Positions 41,183 through 55,885 of a DNA stretch of 64,000 bases are shown in pieces. Under the pieces are notes generated by a model. The model had not been told where the DNA came from and did not search any database. It saw only the letters and a program-made list of their open reading frames with translations. The position numbers and the translations under genes are program-made. Every line of letters begins with the position of its first letter. Position 1 is the stretch's first letter. Source of the DNA: the human T2T-CHM13v2.0 reference genome, Homo sapiens; assembly GCF_009914755.1 (NCBI RefSeq), contig NC_060926.1, one strand, 5' to 3'.

Positions 41183-41689
41183 AGTGATCTTTAGTGTTTA
41201 TAAGCCATTTTTAAAAGTTATTTTTACAGTTAAGTTGGTATCTATAATATTGTGAATGTGCTTACAATATTGGATTTCATTTTAACCAAATTATGTTGCA
41301 TTAAATCCATGCTGTAGTATATTACTAGTTATATTTGTTTTATAACTTGATTTTTCTTTGTTAGTGGTTTAGGACTTCTTTCCTACTGGGTTAATTTCTG
41401 TATACTGAAGTTCCATTTATGGTATCACAAGAACAGTGGGGTTATATGTTACTAAAAAGTAAATTAATCAAATCTCAGATTGTACTTTTATGTGTGTAGT
41501 GCACAGTACCATTCCAATTGTAATTAAGTAATCTATATGGCATTATAATTTTTTGAAATGCATAATAATTTCTATTCATTGTTGGGGAGTATATCTTTAC
41601 CTAGAAAAGGAACGCTAAAATGGGAAGAAGAGTAGTTGTTGAACTGAGATGTTATTGCTAAGTATCCTGAGGGCATACAAAAATTATTT

Positions 41690-41900
41690 TTAATAACAGA
41701 TGCTCATTGAATTCACAATTGGACTAGTGCTCATTGGCCATTCTAATGCCTTATCTAATACAACCTCTTCATTATTCAAATAGGAAACTGAGCCTTAGAG
41801 CAGTGAATTAATTTGCCCAAGTTCACAGAGGTAGAAAATCCAGAGCCAGGCCCAGAAGCTGGATCTTCTAATGTCTAACCCACTGTTCTTCCCACCACAA
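41690..41900 (-). mobile_element. MIR
   Basis: ataggaaactgagccttagagcagtgaattaatttgcccaagttcacagag...ccactgttcttcccacca. Confidence 0.85.
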
Positions 41901-42049
41901 CAAATTTCAATCTGCTATATATTATACTTCAGAGAAACTTAGAAATTTTGATTTTTGTGAGTTACGATGTCTATTTAAAGACGGTATTATAATTTTCCAC
42001 TTAAATTAGTGTATATATTTAATGAAAATTCAATAAAAGCCCCAAAGGC

Positions 42050-43560
42050 ATAATTTTAGAATCTGATAAATTTTATTAGAAAGATTAAGTAGATATTAAT
42101 AGGGAAATGGAGAAAAAGAAGACTAAGGATAGGGTATTTGTCATACAAAATTTTTAACCTTATTCTAAAGTTACATAATTTTTTAAAAAGTGGTGACAGT
42201 GTTATCACAAACATCAGATCAATGAGATAGAGTCAATAGTCTAAAAGTGGACCCTGCAATTAAGTTTGTATATTGCATGAGAAGGCAGTATAAATCAGAC
42301 AAAATAAACAGTCTGTGATGATCTTCCATTTTTTATGAACAAAGCTACCTGAGATCTAGGCACTTCTTTTCCAAGTGAAAGATTATATTGAGGGGGAGAA
42401 AAATCACTTTTGCCAGGTCTCACATTCAGAGCCTCTTTGTTAGAAGCAGTGACAGTAATGCTGTTGGATTCTGTTAGAGGGTAGAGAAAACTTTGGTTTC
42501 ACTGAATCAAAAAATTGGGAACTTTGTTGAGTTACCACAGACCTACCATTTCCACTGTCATAGAGGTTTTATAAGAGGGTCAGAATACCTCCTCCCCCAC
42601 CTCCAAAGAATAGCTGAGAAATAAAGGAACGAGAAAGCCTTCTTAAAAGTCCTTCTATAGGCATTCTGAAAATTCTGTCTTACAGCAAGTATAACAGCCT
42701 AGAGAGGGATTCGTCCTTAATTTGTACAAGTCCCAAAACAAATGGATATAATAAGTTCATAAGGAAATGGAGAAATTACACTAGAAATAGCATTAGCTTT
42801 TAGAACACAGACACCAACTCCTATTTAGAAAAATAACATAAAGAACAAACAATTTGGAAAAATACTTGTCAATACTGCAGGTAAATGTGCAAAATAAAGG
42901 GTTAGTGTACAAAAACTTCATATAATATCAACAAGAAAAACAAAAAGCCCATTAGGTAAGTGGAGAAAGGATAAGAATAAGAAATTCACCGATGAATAAA
43001 TATGAATATTCTAATATGTTACAGTAAAATGTAAATATTTGTAAAATTTATACCAAATTTTTGTAATACAAGTTTTTAAATGTTAAAACATTTGACCCAT
43101 TCATCATCTTTTTCCTAGAGTAAAAATTTTTTAAAGAAAAGAGATTTACATCAGAGTATTATTGTTAAAACTGAAGTTTTAAGTTGACTCAGATTGAATT
43201 CAACCTGATTTAACCAATGTAGGAGAAATGTTAAATAACTTGCAATGGAATATTATTAATATGTAACTCTTAAAATGAGGACTGGAAAGATTTTTTAAAT
43301 AATCTTTACTTGTTACAATAGTATAAAAGTATTAAAATATTTATGAAATAATAGCACAGGTAAATCTAAAAAATATTATGTACCAATATCTCCATTCTGT
43401 AAAAATATGTATACATAAAAAAGACTGCAAGAAAATATCTACCAAATATAAAAGAGTCAATACTGAATGCTTTATTATGAGTAGGTGGTAATTTCTTTTT
43501 TATGCTTTACCAAATTTTCAAAGTTTGCATTCATTACTTCAACAATCAGAAACTTTTAAC
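42050..43560 (+). mobile_element. Fragmented L1ME-type sequence
   Basis: cagatcaatgagatagagtc, gggttagtgtac...tcaacaagaaaaacaaaaagcccatt, tttgaccca, gcaatggaatatta, ccaaattttc...gcattcattactt. Confidence 0.55.
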
Positions 43561-44899
43561 GTTTGCCTTCCCCCAAACAACTCTACACATAAAATATTAT
43601 TACAGAGATCAAAGCTACTCTATGAAATAAAAATTGCATGTAACTATATTCTACCAGCCATTATATCTTTAAAGAATGAGTAAGGAGACACCACAAAATT
43701 TTACAACCGGTTTTCTACTGTCACATTTCTAAAAATCTCCTTAGATTAAACCAAAGCTTCCTTTTATAATTAAAACCTTCTTTTCTTTTTTTTCAAGTTG
43801 AACATTATTAAAGCCGTGTTAATTACATATTCCTTATTGAAATACAAAACTTGAAATATATTTTACTTTGTGTGTCAAACTGTATGTCTCAGAATACCCA
43901 ACATTTTAATACCCTGTGGTAAGGATTATCTCAACCCAGTTATACCCACACAGAGGGGTTGAAACATGTGTTTATCCAAATTCCTATTGGTCCCTTCTAT
44001 TCTTATCATATTGTTTCAAAGGAGTTAAGATGATTATATCCACATTTTATCATTCTTCCTATTTACTCAGATTAGAAAATTTTTGTGCAAAACCTTTAAG
44101 TTGCATTGACAATTCACAAAGAAAATCCTCTTCTAGCACAGACAACTATAGGGTGGGTAGGAAGAGACAGAAAGAAATTTTTCAAGCCGGTATTTACAGA
44201 ACTTTTAATAACTAATATGCATTTAGTATGATTTTTAAGACTTCTTGCAGGAAATTTGAGGCAATAATAATTCCAAAGTTCAGAATAATTCACAGTTAAA
44301 TGCAATCTCAAGGGCAGCTATCTTTTATAAGAGGTAATATGGTTATTAAGATCATTTATATAAACTGAAGTTTTAGAAACTGCATACCATGAAAAAAATT
44401 TGGTGAGATACTATTTGTTGCTCTGATGAAATGAAAAAAGGTGTTTTCTCTTGCTTTATTAAACATAAGTAATATTTGTTCTTAATTGCAAGACTTCACG
44501 GAGTTTTTAATAAGCTAATGTGCATCATAAATCCTACTCACACATAACATATTATTTTCATCCCCAAACCCCATTTTTAAGAATAGCTTCAACACAGTGT
44601 CCTTTAAAAATCAGTTTGGGAAATTATTGACAATGCTTTTACTACTACTTTTAATGTAAGATTTTTTTCTAAACCTATTAACTTTTCACTACATTATGAT
44701 TGCACATGATCTAAGCTAGAGATCATCTATTCTCCACTATCCCCACAAATAAATATTGTGCCAGTTTGTCTACTAAGAGCAGCCATACACTCTGGCTGTG
44801 GTATATTGAGAAGATACATGGGGAAATGAGGAAGAGCAAAATAGACTCTTAATTTGGCTCATAGAGTTCAAAACAGCTTTTAGAATACCACCATAACCA

Positions 44900-45520
44900 C
44901 ATAGCCAGGTACCATGGCAAACTGGATGATCATTTAGGATAAAAACAGCTCTAGAGAACCAAGGTGTTCCCTCAACGCATGTCAGCCTTCCCTCCCTGTT
45001 TTAGTACTCCACATCGTGCCAACTCAGCCATTCTCTCTCTCTGTCTATAGCGCCTGCTGTCACTTGCAAGCTGACCCTCATTATTCTCCTCTCTATTGAG
45101 GCATTTTCTTAACCCAGAGTTCTGCAACCCCATAGTTTCTGCTTACTGCTTCCTTTCTGCTGATCTCTCAGCAACTTTACCCCCTTATTGTCTTCAGCCT
45201 TCCTTTGAATGTCCCATTCAAACCTCACAAAGGAGATGAAAATTTGATTGGGTCTGCCAGTCTCATCCATTTTTAGGCAGCCCAGTTGGTAAAAGTGCTC
45301 TCTCCAGGACAACATACACTCTGCTAGCCAGACTCTACATAGGTGCCTTTGTGGCCGGCACACACTCTGGGACCAATTGTATGTGGTAAGAGTAGTGACG
45401 TCACCTGCATAAACAACCCCTCTGAAGGAATGAAAGAGCAGCAGGCACCTTGGACCTAGGAATCTCCAAGAAAAACCACGAAACTGGCAGATAACTCAGG
45501 ATGTCCCCTTTTAGTATCAT
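44900..45520. mobile_element. Probable ancient ERVL/MaLR-type LTR (family unresolved)
   Basis: GC-richer block with LTR-like motifs (aatttgattgggtc, gggaccaat, gtgacgtcac). Weak recognition only. Confidence 0.3.
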
Positions 45521-48500
45521 TCACATCTTCTTTTAGACTGCATTTAGTACATCCTTAACAATTTCATTTTTTTACTTGTATACTTTTATAGGGAAATAAA
45601 AATGTTTCTGCTTAAATTTGTACAGAGTATTGCTAAATGCTTTAAGGAAGAATAAGTACAGTAGATGGGATCCTCATTGAAACCTCAGTAAAAAATATAA
45701 AACAAATTTGAGACATCTGCTGTAACAGAAATTAAAGATGTCTCTAGATGATCCAGTTTAGTGAACAACTTTGAGCCATGAAATTGGATGATCAACCAGT
45801 TGCTTGAAATATTGCATTGATTAGGTATGCTTATTAATAAGGCAGGAGATCGTATACCTCCAGTAGTATTTTTGTTGCTACGAATTGGAGATGTAGAAAT
45901 TACATCTGGGACTCAGTAAGGACAATTGTTTCTTTCCATAATCCTTACAGAAGAGTAGACCAGAGATGTTAAGGCTGAGAAGACACATCACCCTCTAACT
46001 CAGGACATCAATAAGACATATGCACTGAAATGGGTTGGGTACCATCTAAGGCCAAGAAAATGACAAGCTGGAATGTAAAAAGCCTTGTGCTCTGTCATCA
46101 ATAGTTTGAATGCTCAAGAGAGGTCAAGACCCATAAGATTAGCCCCTTCTTCTGTCACACAAAAATTGAAAGGCTAGTTTAAACCGTGCTTTTATAATAG
46201 TGCTATAAAGTAAGGTCATTCTTCCATGTATGCCAATAAGAACATTCACATCTGCAGCAATTTGTGCTATGGTAAGCCGTAACAGTAAAAGAGCACTTGG
46301 TCATATATATTCTTATGAAACCCAAGCACCCAGAATCAATGAAACAGGAAAGTCACTGAGTAAGAATACATCCTGAAAAAGTGGCCCTGGCATTGGAATC
46401 ATGTTAATTGAGTTACTTCTCCAGCTCAATTTGTACCATTGGTGGTAACATTTCCTCTGAGGGTGCTGGTGATCGATAATGTGACTGATAATGGTAAGCA
46501 AAAGGAGTACTTTTCTTTGAGTGGTGTTAGTGAGATGCCTCTGTGGTGCTGGTGCTTACAGGCTGTGTTTCACATAAGCCCAGCAATTCTACACAGTCTC
46601 TGCCTCTAACAGCAATGCATTATGTGGACACGGATGTCATTTTTAAAGGCAAAGATTCACATCAGTCTACCATCTTCACCAATCTAAATCCAATCAATGT
46701 TCACGGGTAATGCAAAATAAATGTTAATGAAACCCTAAGTAATTACAAATTCAGTTGCAATAACCCTATTAAATTTAGTGATTTATTTATGCATCAACCA
46801 GTATTGCATTGATTAGTTATGTGCTTGCATATTTTCCAAAAAGTGTAATGCTTCTCAATATCAGGCATATTTGGAATAATTCTATACTTGTGACATATTT
46901 GACAGACTTTCAGTGCTTGAAATAGTTAGTGTTTGCAGATGTAAAAACTTCTTAAACAGCAACCTAAAAGGAATGATACAAAATATCATTTCAAGGGCTA
47001 AAGAGTTTTCCACATACTTATTTAAGACATAAAGAGTCATTGATAACTATCTTTGGCTTAAGACAACTAATCTGAAATGGCTTCCACATAAGGAATACTG
47101 AAAGATCTTTTAGTAGCCTAACAAGTTATTGCTCTCATTACATCTGGTCAAATTAGAGTGAGTCAAGTTTGTAAAGGAAGCAAATAGGTTACATATTCAA
47201 ATTGCCTTCCAGTTGACTCTTTATAAAGTGAGCTGGCAGCTTCAGCATAATCAAAGCTCAACAGGTATGAAGAGCACAAAACAATCCAAAACAAGCAGCA
47301 TTGTTCTCTGGGATAACAATCTTTAAAGAAAATCAAAGCTGTTCTGAATGAATTGTAAGGAAAAAAAAAATTTTTTTGCAGTGATCAGAACAGAGGGTTG
47401 TGGTTCACTGGTTCTTTCTCAAAGGACTCAGGAAACTGGGAGGGGCAGCCACTTTCCACACTCCACAGGCCACATGGAAACTTGGCGGATAAAGAAATAT
47501 CCCCAGGGCCAGTGACTGGTCAATTATGAATTGTAATTCAACTGTCTCTACAGTTGCTAGAGAAACCAACTTGGGAACCGTGGTACCTTTTGAGACATGA
47601 CTAAAGAATGGCCATGGCTGGTTAGAATACAGTGCAAAGAACAGTGTTTGATCCATGTGTTGAACAGTGCAATGCAGACTCTTCCTTGCACTAACCAGCT
47701 GCTTGATCAGTAAAAAGAGGCACAGAAATTCATGCTCATGTCAGCATACCATGGCTCCCCAGTCCACAACTGACATATCTGGTGTTAAACTGAAAAATGG
47801 ATACTTCAGAAACATGAATCTGCCACATTTCAAGGATATGATATCCGTTGAGAACAAATATGTGAAAACAAAACGATTCCATGTAGCAGGTAAACACCTT
47901 GACAAATATGAAGGCTTTCAATCATGTCAAACGGTTTTAAAAACGTCCACTTTGCCATCCCTCTCCAGATACTTAACGTTTCCTAACACAAAAATAGAAT
48001 AAATACAGGAGAGAAATCAATACTCTGCACATCCAAATTGTTCGAGCCTGCCACTGCAATCAAACTTTCTTCTTTTTCTCTGCAAAGAGCTCAGAGGCAG
48101 TCTTTCAGTTCAAGGATGAAACATTCTCACCGCTCCGTCTGTAAATATAAATATAGATAACAGAAACATTAATTTCTTGAAAATTTAGCTGAAGTATTGT
48201 TTTTAGCTGTGCTTTCAGTGGTGGTTTTCTCTGGCTAGATTGAATGATTCTTTTATAAATGACCTTGTCAGTAAAGCCGCTTATAATTGGTAACTTTTTA
48301 ATACTTAGTAATTGGTAAAGAAGACCCTTTCTCATGGTTTAGTTAGAAATAATTTAATGTACACTTTTTAACAAGGATTATTTTCCTTGAACTCTAATAC
48401 TCACGAAAGCTGTTAAATTAGCAGCCCTGGGGCCTGGAAACTTGTTTAGCCACAAAGCCCATAGAGCAGGAAAAGCTTTCTTTACACGTCCTGGAAAAAC

Positions 48501-49739
48501 TATGTCTCCAAACCCAACTGATGAAGGCAGAAGGTTTTTAACAGATCCAGTTTGGGCAATAGCTTGCAATAGAGGGAACACAGCTGACCAGATGAGGGCC
48601 ATCCATTAACTCTTTTCGAAGAGATTATCTAATTATTGTCTGATACCAAACAATCTTCTGAATAGACTTGGGGCTCCTTCTCCAACCTGCTTTGCAAGTC
48701 ACTGATATTTTCCACATTATTTGCCTCTCCTCCACTTTAAAAAGATTTCATTAAAATCAAGCTGGGTTTTTTTCTCTCTTTGATGATCAGGGCTTCTTGG
48801 CATAGTATTCAGGGCCTTTATCCTCAGGCATCCTTGCAGTCTGTGGACTGTTCCCTCCCAGAACACTTATGAATTCAACAGCTGGTTCAGGAAAGCTGAA
48901 ACTTTGGAAGACAATATTTATGGTTGGATGGGCTGAAACTGTTAAGTCTTTGGAAAAGTATTTTGAAACAATATTTACTGACTTCTAACAATGTAATATA
49001 TGCCAAAGGTAAGACTTGGAGTAGCAGCAATTAGATTTTTTATGGGAAAAAATCCTGAATTTAATTATTTTTAAAAATTAAATTAAATTTTAGAAATTTA
49101 ATATATAAAGACTCAGATTGTCACTTTTTATTCTCAAGTAACTGAGAGCATTTTTGTGTGATTTTTTAAATGTCAATATTTTCCAAATAGTTATTATTCT
49201 GAAGAAATTGTTCATAAAATGATATGTTAACAAACTTATTTATGTAATGAGAAAACAACTACTTACATTATTAGTTATATTTAATAACTCCTTTATTCTG
49301 CTTCTGGGGTGATATATGCCATATAATATTTTGAGGTCATAAGACATAATATCATATCTCACTATTTATGAAAAATATAATGCAATGTTTGCTTACTGTT
49401 TTCATTGAGTTAAAGGTTCAAATGTTTTAATTTTCTTTAAAATGTTCTTCACTGGAAACTATTTTTCTTACCACATGTAGCAAGGTCTTATATGCATATT
49501 GCAGGGAAAATAATAGTAGTAACAATAATAATAATAATAATGCAAGACCTAGATAAGAACATTTGGTTTAATAAATACTGAATCATAAATATTGAAAGAG
49601 CACACAAATATTCAGACCTAGGATGGTTATCCTCTCCCTAGTTTGACAATTACTGAAGAAAAACTTTTTCTTTTTTTTTCTATTTTTACTCAGGTTTATA
49701 TTTAAAATGTGAAAATCTTAACTTTTTGTGACAAGAGCA

Positions 49740-50240
49740 TAGGATGTATTCTGGTTAAGCAGTGGGAGTATGGCTGGAGAAGCAGACAGGAGCTATTGCA
49801 CTGAGTTAAGGAAATTTATATTACATCTTGTTAGCAATCATGAAAGAATGAAAGATTATGCAAGAAAATGATGTATCTGTGTTTTCATTTAGAAATGTAA
49901 CTATTGAGTCACTGTGGAAGATGGGTTAAAATTAAAGGCAATAAGAGGTAGAAGTTCTCCTACAATAGAAAATAATAATCTAGTCAGTAAATTGTAGTCT
50001 ATAATAACTACAGACTATAATAATCTAGGCAAGAGATGATTAAGGCCTAAAATAAATAATAAGGTTTGAAGAGAGTTAGAATGTTTAGAGATATTTGAGA
50101 TGAGTCACCAGATCTGATGACCCAAGATATGGGGTAAGGGTGAAAGGATAATTCAAGGATGACTTCAGATTTTGATTTGGGTGACTAGACGGATGAGAGT
50201 CATGGAACAAGGTAAGGAAAGTAGCCCAAAGAGCACTTAC
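49740..50240 (-). mobile_element. L2 fragment
   Basis: taaggaaattta...aataatctaggcaagagatgattaaggcct...tcaaggatgacttcagattttg..ttgggtgactagacggatg. Confidence 0.75.
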
Positions 50241-50771
50241 TGGGGAAGAGAGTAGGCACTGTCATGGAGGTTTTTGTGTGACATACTAGTGGGACATCCA
50301 GAAGACAACCAGTAAAACACACTGAATAAAACCTTCTTTCTTCATGAGAGAATAGATCTATTATTAGGGAGTCCTTCATTAAAATGTCTTCCTGTGAAAG
50401 TTCAATGTTTCTCCAGCTAGTGCTGGCACAAGGTACCATCTCAAAAAGAGTACATTGGATTTTAAAGGTGAATGAATACATAAAGGAATGTATGCATTTA
50501 CTTTGACATCTCCCACACTGATTACAATTATTTCTGCGTGCCTGTACCTCCTACCAGACTCAATTTCTTGAGAAGATGGCCTTGTATCTCCAGAATCTAG
50601 CAAGTGACAAATGAATAGAAAAAAAATCAAATTAGTACATATTTGCTGAATAATTAATGAATGAATTAGTTTTGGAGTTAATCACCCAGGCTATCTCAGA
50701 GTTTACTATTTTTGGGGTACTAGGCGAGGTAATTTAGGAAAGTCATTGACTCTTTCCATTCCCTGTGGTAC

Positions 50772-51155
50772 TTTATTAGTTTGTTAGGGCTACAATAACA
50801 AAGTACCACAGAATGGGTAGCTTGAACCACAGGTATTTATTTTCTCAGAATTCTAGATGTTGGAAGTCTGAGACAAAGGTGTCAGCAGGGTTGGTTTCTT
50901 CTGAAGTCTCTCTTCTTGGCTTGTAAATAGTCATCTCTTCCCCATGTCTTCACATGGTCTTCCTTTTGCACACATCCATGTCCAGATTTCCTCTTCTTAT
51001 ATGGACACCAGTCATACTAGATTAGGCCCCAGCCTAAGACCGCATTTTGACTTACTTTTCAAAGACTCTATATCCAAATAGAGTTACATTTTGAGGTAAT
51101 GAGGTTTAGGACTTCAACATATGAATTTTGAGGAGACACAATTCAGCTCGTAACA
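50772..51155 (-). mobile_element. MLT1B/MLT1A0-like MaLR solo LTR
   Basis: agggctacaataacaaagtaccacag...ggacaccagtcat...ttaggacttcaacatatgaatttt...cacaattcag...taaca. The 5-bp flanks are ggtac and ggtgc. Confidence 0.88.
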
Positions 51156-54000
51156 GGTGCCATTTAGAACTGCTGGAATCTACATGCCCTCACCACCAAT
51201 GTTAAGACGTCTAAAGGTTCTGACTTAGACACTATCAAGCAATCTGACTTGTAACCACCTTAATGTTTAAGATTTTCTAGTTCCTTGGTATTCTATTAGT
51301 GTACCATTCAATTGGAGAATATAAGATATTTCACTAAGATTACTATGTGAATTTCTAAATATCTTTCTGAATACAAATTTAGAATGTGGAAAGATAGAAA
51401 ATGTATAGTATAAGGAAAATATATTATAATATTTTAGTGAATCAAAATGTCACAAGAATATGCTGCATTCCTCAGAGTCAATATAATTACTTGGCATGTT
51501 TTCTGTATTTCATAAAGGAAAGAACTCATATTTTTTAAAAACAAAAAAATGGCGCAATTAAAAATACTTCTATATTCAGTGTTCTCATTTTAATGATGAA
51601 ATGTGACTTAGGGAGCGAGGGATTATTCTGAAGAACCCATGCCTTTCCTTTAACATTGACCTCAGGGCAGACATTTCTAGTTAAGTTGAAGTTTCAGATG
51701 TTGAGCTATTGCACTGTATTTGAGACAAAAGTAAGGCAGAAGAGGAAGAGAGGAAATCAGCCCCAGTGCATTTGGGGAAGCGAATTACCGAAGAGTGGAT
51801 ATGACAGAATGGGTGAACCCGCTGTTGGTTTCAGTGTTCACACCTTGCATTGGAAACAATGTTCTGCTTCTCATCAGAGGAAACTTGTGGGCCTCAGGAG
51901 AGTCATGAAACCAATTGTAATCTCTAATTTCTTAGGTCACATTTGTCCTTAGATGCCTACGATTCTTCTCTTTTTCCTCAAATGAAGCAGTGTAAGCTCT
52001 TGAAACTCAAAATTTTCCCTATTAAGGAAATCATCCTACTGTCACTTGTTAATTTCTTACATCTCTATAATAAAGAGCTGAAATTTAATTTGTCATTAAT
52101 GTAAGCTTTTTTCTTTTTTGCATCTAATTTTATCAATAATGTAAGCTTTGGGAGAAGAGAATAAGTTTAACCTGCTCATTGGGCCAACCTAAAATTCCTT
52201 TTTCTCAATCCTTAGCCATTTTACATAAACTACATTCCATGTAGCAGCAGGATGGATCTAAAATCAGCATGTATGTCAAAGAGAAGAATATTCACGTAGA
52301 GTAATTTATACAGGGAGCCAATTTAAACACCTCATTTAAATTTTATGAAAATGGTTTTTCTTGTCCAGCAACTGGCTGTGGAATAATGTTAGGAGGAGCT
52401 TATTTTCTGGCCCTAATTTTCTCTCTTTTTTTCACACTGTTTAAAATCTAGCCTCCAGCACTCTTCCATCCAAACAACACAAAACAAAAATAATTTTCAA
52501 ACTTGGGTAACTCCTTTAAGCTAATACATTTCCCTTGCAAGATAATTGCCATTTGCTAAGGCAGAGTTGGTCTAATATACCTTCAAGTCTACTTGTAGGC
52601 TGTTAGACACTGAGGCTCATGTTGCTGCATCCTGCCCCCACTGTCTGTCAGGAATTAAGGCTGCTGGGTGCACAGGAGCCTAATCAACAAATCCAAGTTG
52701 GGCACCAAATCTCTGATCAGAGTTTTTTCAAAAAGCATAATTTATTTCTGTTTATCTTAGACTTAACCTGGCTCTAAAAAAAATTTAAGTCAAATTGAAG
52801 CAGGAGGGGGAAGAAAAAGCTTGAGGTTCATCTAAGTTCCTTCAGTCTACAAATTCTATGGTTGATTTTATAGCTTAAAAATAACTGATGATCTTTCTCC
52901 TTTTATCTTTAAATTTTCCATACTGACATAGCTCTTTCAAAGGCTGGCCTCTCGAAATCTTTCAAAAAAATGGTAAAACTAAAACTCTTCTTGATGACTA
53001 ACTTTCATAAAGTAGAAGGCAGTCTCTGCTTTGCCTTGTACAGATCCTAAAGAACAGACACATGCAGGAGAGAGGCAGATAACTAGCATCTGGCTGCCAG
53101 GAAAATGGACTCATTGGGAAGTCCCTCTGACTTCTGAGACTCAATAAAAAATGCAACTCACTGTTGAATTTGAAAACCGCAGCCAGGTCATCCCCATGTT
53201 GTAATAAGGAAGTCTTTATATTCTGATGACCATGGTGTTAAGCCTTGTTTGTACTTAGGCTTCCTTGCAACACTTTGACATTTCATCTTATTAAATGGTT
53301 GGGCCACCTTTAACTTTATACCCACTTTCTCCCGACTGCAGTGTTTGATCATAGATTTATAGATCATTTAACACAGGCGACAGCTATTTCACCAACAGCC
53401 TTGCTGTCATTAAGCAGCAGCTACTGTCAAAAGTTCAGGAACAGGCCCAGCAGGATGATGAAAAGAATCAAGACACAGTGCCTACCCAACTGTCACAACA
53501 ACAGGAAGAAGCATCTGGTGCCCAGAACAGCCAGCAGAAAGGGCACCAGCAATGGCGGGCCTGAGTCTGTAGGCCTTTTGGAGTAGCTGCCCCTACCTCC
53601 CAGCTCTATCTCAAGGGACAAGCCAAATAATCCCATAAACTCCACAGAACACAAATCAGAAAGTTCTTTTGTTAGAAGCAGCCCCATGGAATCATCAATC
53701 TCAGTATCAGAGGAGGTTTTCCTGAACATCGAGACAGCATTTCTTTGTGAATGTAGTCTTGAGGGAAAAAAAAAAAATGTTTATCTTGCCAAAAAAAAAA
53801 AAAGTTTATTTTAAAGACATACATCTTTGCTTCTTGGAATCCACATTCACAGTGGAACTGGAAAAATCTCTTTTCTTACATATTCATTTGTTATCTTTTG
53901 TTACATATTCATTCATTCGTTTTCACCATTTCTTAACACAGCTATGTCTTTATCTCCAGCACTGTTTCCTATCATACTGATACTGTGAGGACTAAATTAG

Positions 54001-54365
<365 letters not shown>

Positions 54366-55585
54366 CTAGAAAGGATTCTTTCACAAAATGTTGTGGGTAC
54401 TGATGACAGAAGGCCCCAGGCCAGCCCACAAAATGATTACCTTTTATGAATTTGAAACTGTGTAACCTTTCAGGAATAGATAGAAATACATCCTGCTTTA
54501 AATATATCATATTTTTAAAAATATCACTGAATGAAAAATAAATGTCATTGTTAGTATCACGTACCTTTAACGCTGATTCTTGAGTAAAGCAGTAAGTTAA
54601 ATGAAATACAAAAGTGTGCCGTGAAAATTTTACAGTGAATACATTTAAGAATTTTGGGAGTACATAACTTTTTTTGTATTTTAATGATGAACAAGTATTC
54701 TTTTAGTCTCATGTATTTATTTTCCTTTGATACGAACTTTTGTATTTTTTGTCACAAAAAGAAAATGAGTAATTTAAGGATAATGAAGAGTAATATGTTG
54801 GTTACACATAGGAACCATGTCTTATTTGTTAATACCAGTTCTAGCATATATCTGGATATATGTGTGTACATGTCTGTACACATATATAATATATTATATG
54901 TAAAATCATTATAACATCTATACATGTTTGTATACATGTATACATATTATATAGGTGTGTATATATGTCACAGGTGAAAAAATAGATAAACACATGGGTA
55001 AATAGATGATAGAGATATATGGTATGGTAAGAATAAAGGCATGGTAAGAATGTACAGGTGTTGAAAGGAATGGAACAGATGGTTAAAGCAAATTACTTGC
55101 TGTGTCAACTGACTTCAAGTCTTTAGGTATTTGTTGTAGGAAATATACAATGCTACAAATGTTTCAAATGATTTATTTTAATGTTGTGTTCAATAATTTA
55201 TTATCACAAAAGGGAAACTCCAAAGAGAATAACTTTATACAAGATTGGTATATTTCAAGAAGTATAAAGAGAAAATATAAATGCTCTAAGGAGGATAGTA
55301 AAACTTCAACTCATAGCAAAGTTTCATTTTTCACATACGTAGTTAACTTAACATCTCTCTTTGGACTAATTTTATCTGAAGAAGTTGACATTTTAGCAGC
55401 TAAAGAGCTACGCAAATAGAAGGTGTCAATGAAAGCAGATCCTCTCTAAGTGATAGAATCAATATAGGTATGTTTCAAACTTTTTTCAACTTTGCAGGTC
55501 CTCTTTATGAACTGATGAGATTCTAAGGGATTTATAAGACAGTAATATAAAAAAGAAAATGTTAATTTGTATATTTCATTGACAA

Positions 55586-55885
55586 TTTTATTTTTTTTTT
55601 TCTGAGACAGAGTCTTACTCTGTTGCCCAAGCTGGAGTGCAGTGACACCAACATGGCTCACTGTAGCCTCAAACTTTCATGCTCAAGTGATCCTCCTACC
55701 TCAGTCTCCAGAGTAGCTGGGACCACAGGCATGCACCACCATGTCCAGTTATTCATTTATTTTTTTAGTAGAGACAGGGTCTCATTATGTTGCCCAGCTT
55801 TGTCTCAAATTCGTGAGCTCAAGTGATGTACTCACCTTGGCCTCCCAAAGTGCTGGGATTAAAGGAATGAGCCACTGCACCGGGC
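55586..55885 (-). mobile_element. AluJ
   Basis: catggctcactgtagcctcaa...gctcaagtgatcctcctacctcag, a diverged dimeric Alu. Confidence 0.92.

Noticed and set aside
47405-48602. Cluster of 61-111 aa ORFs suggesting a processed pseudogene
   Set aside because: I could not join the frames into a recognisable protein, and there is no clear poly-A plus TSD. Kept only as a candidate non-coding block.
49972-50030. Local direct and inverted micro-repeats (aataatctag twice; tgtagtct/agactata)
   Set aside because: Imperfect and inside an L2; probably a small repair scar and too weak to interpret.
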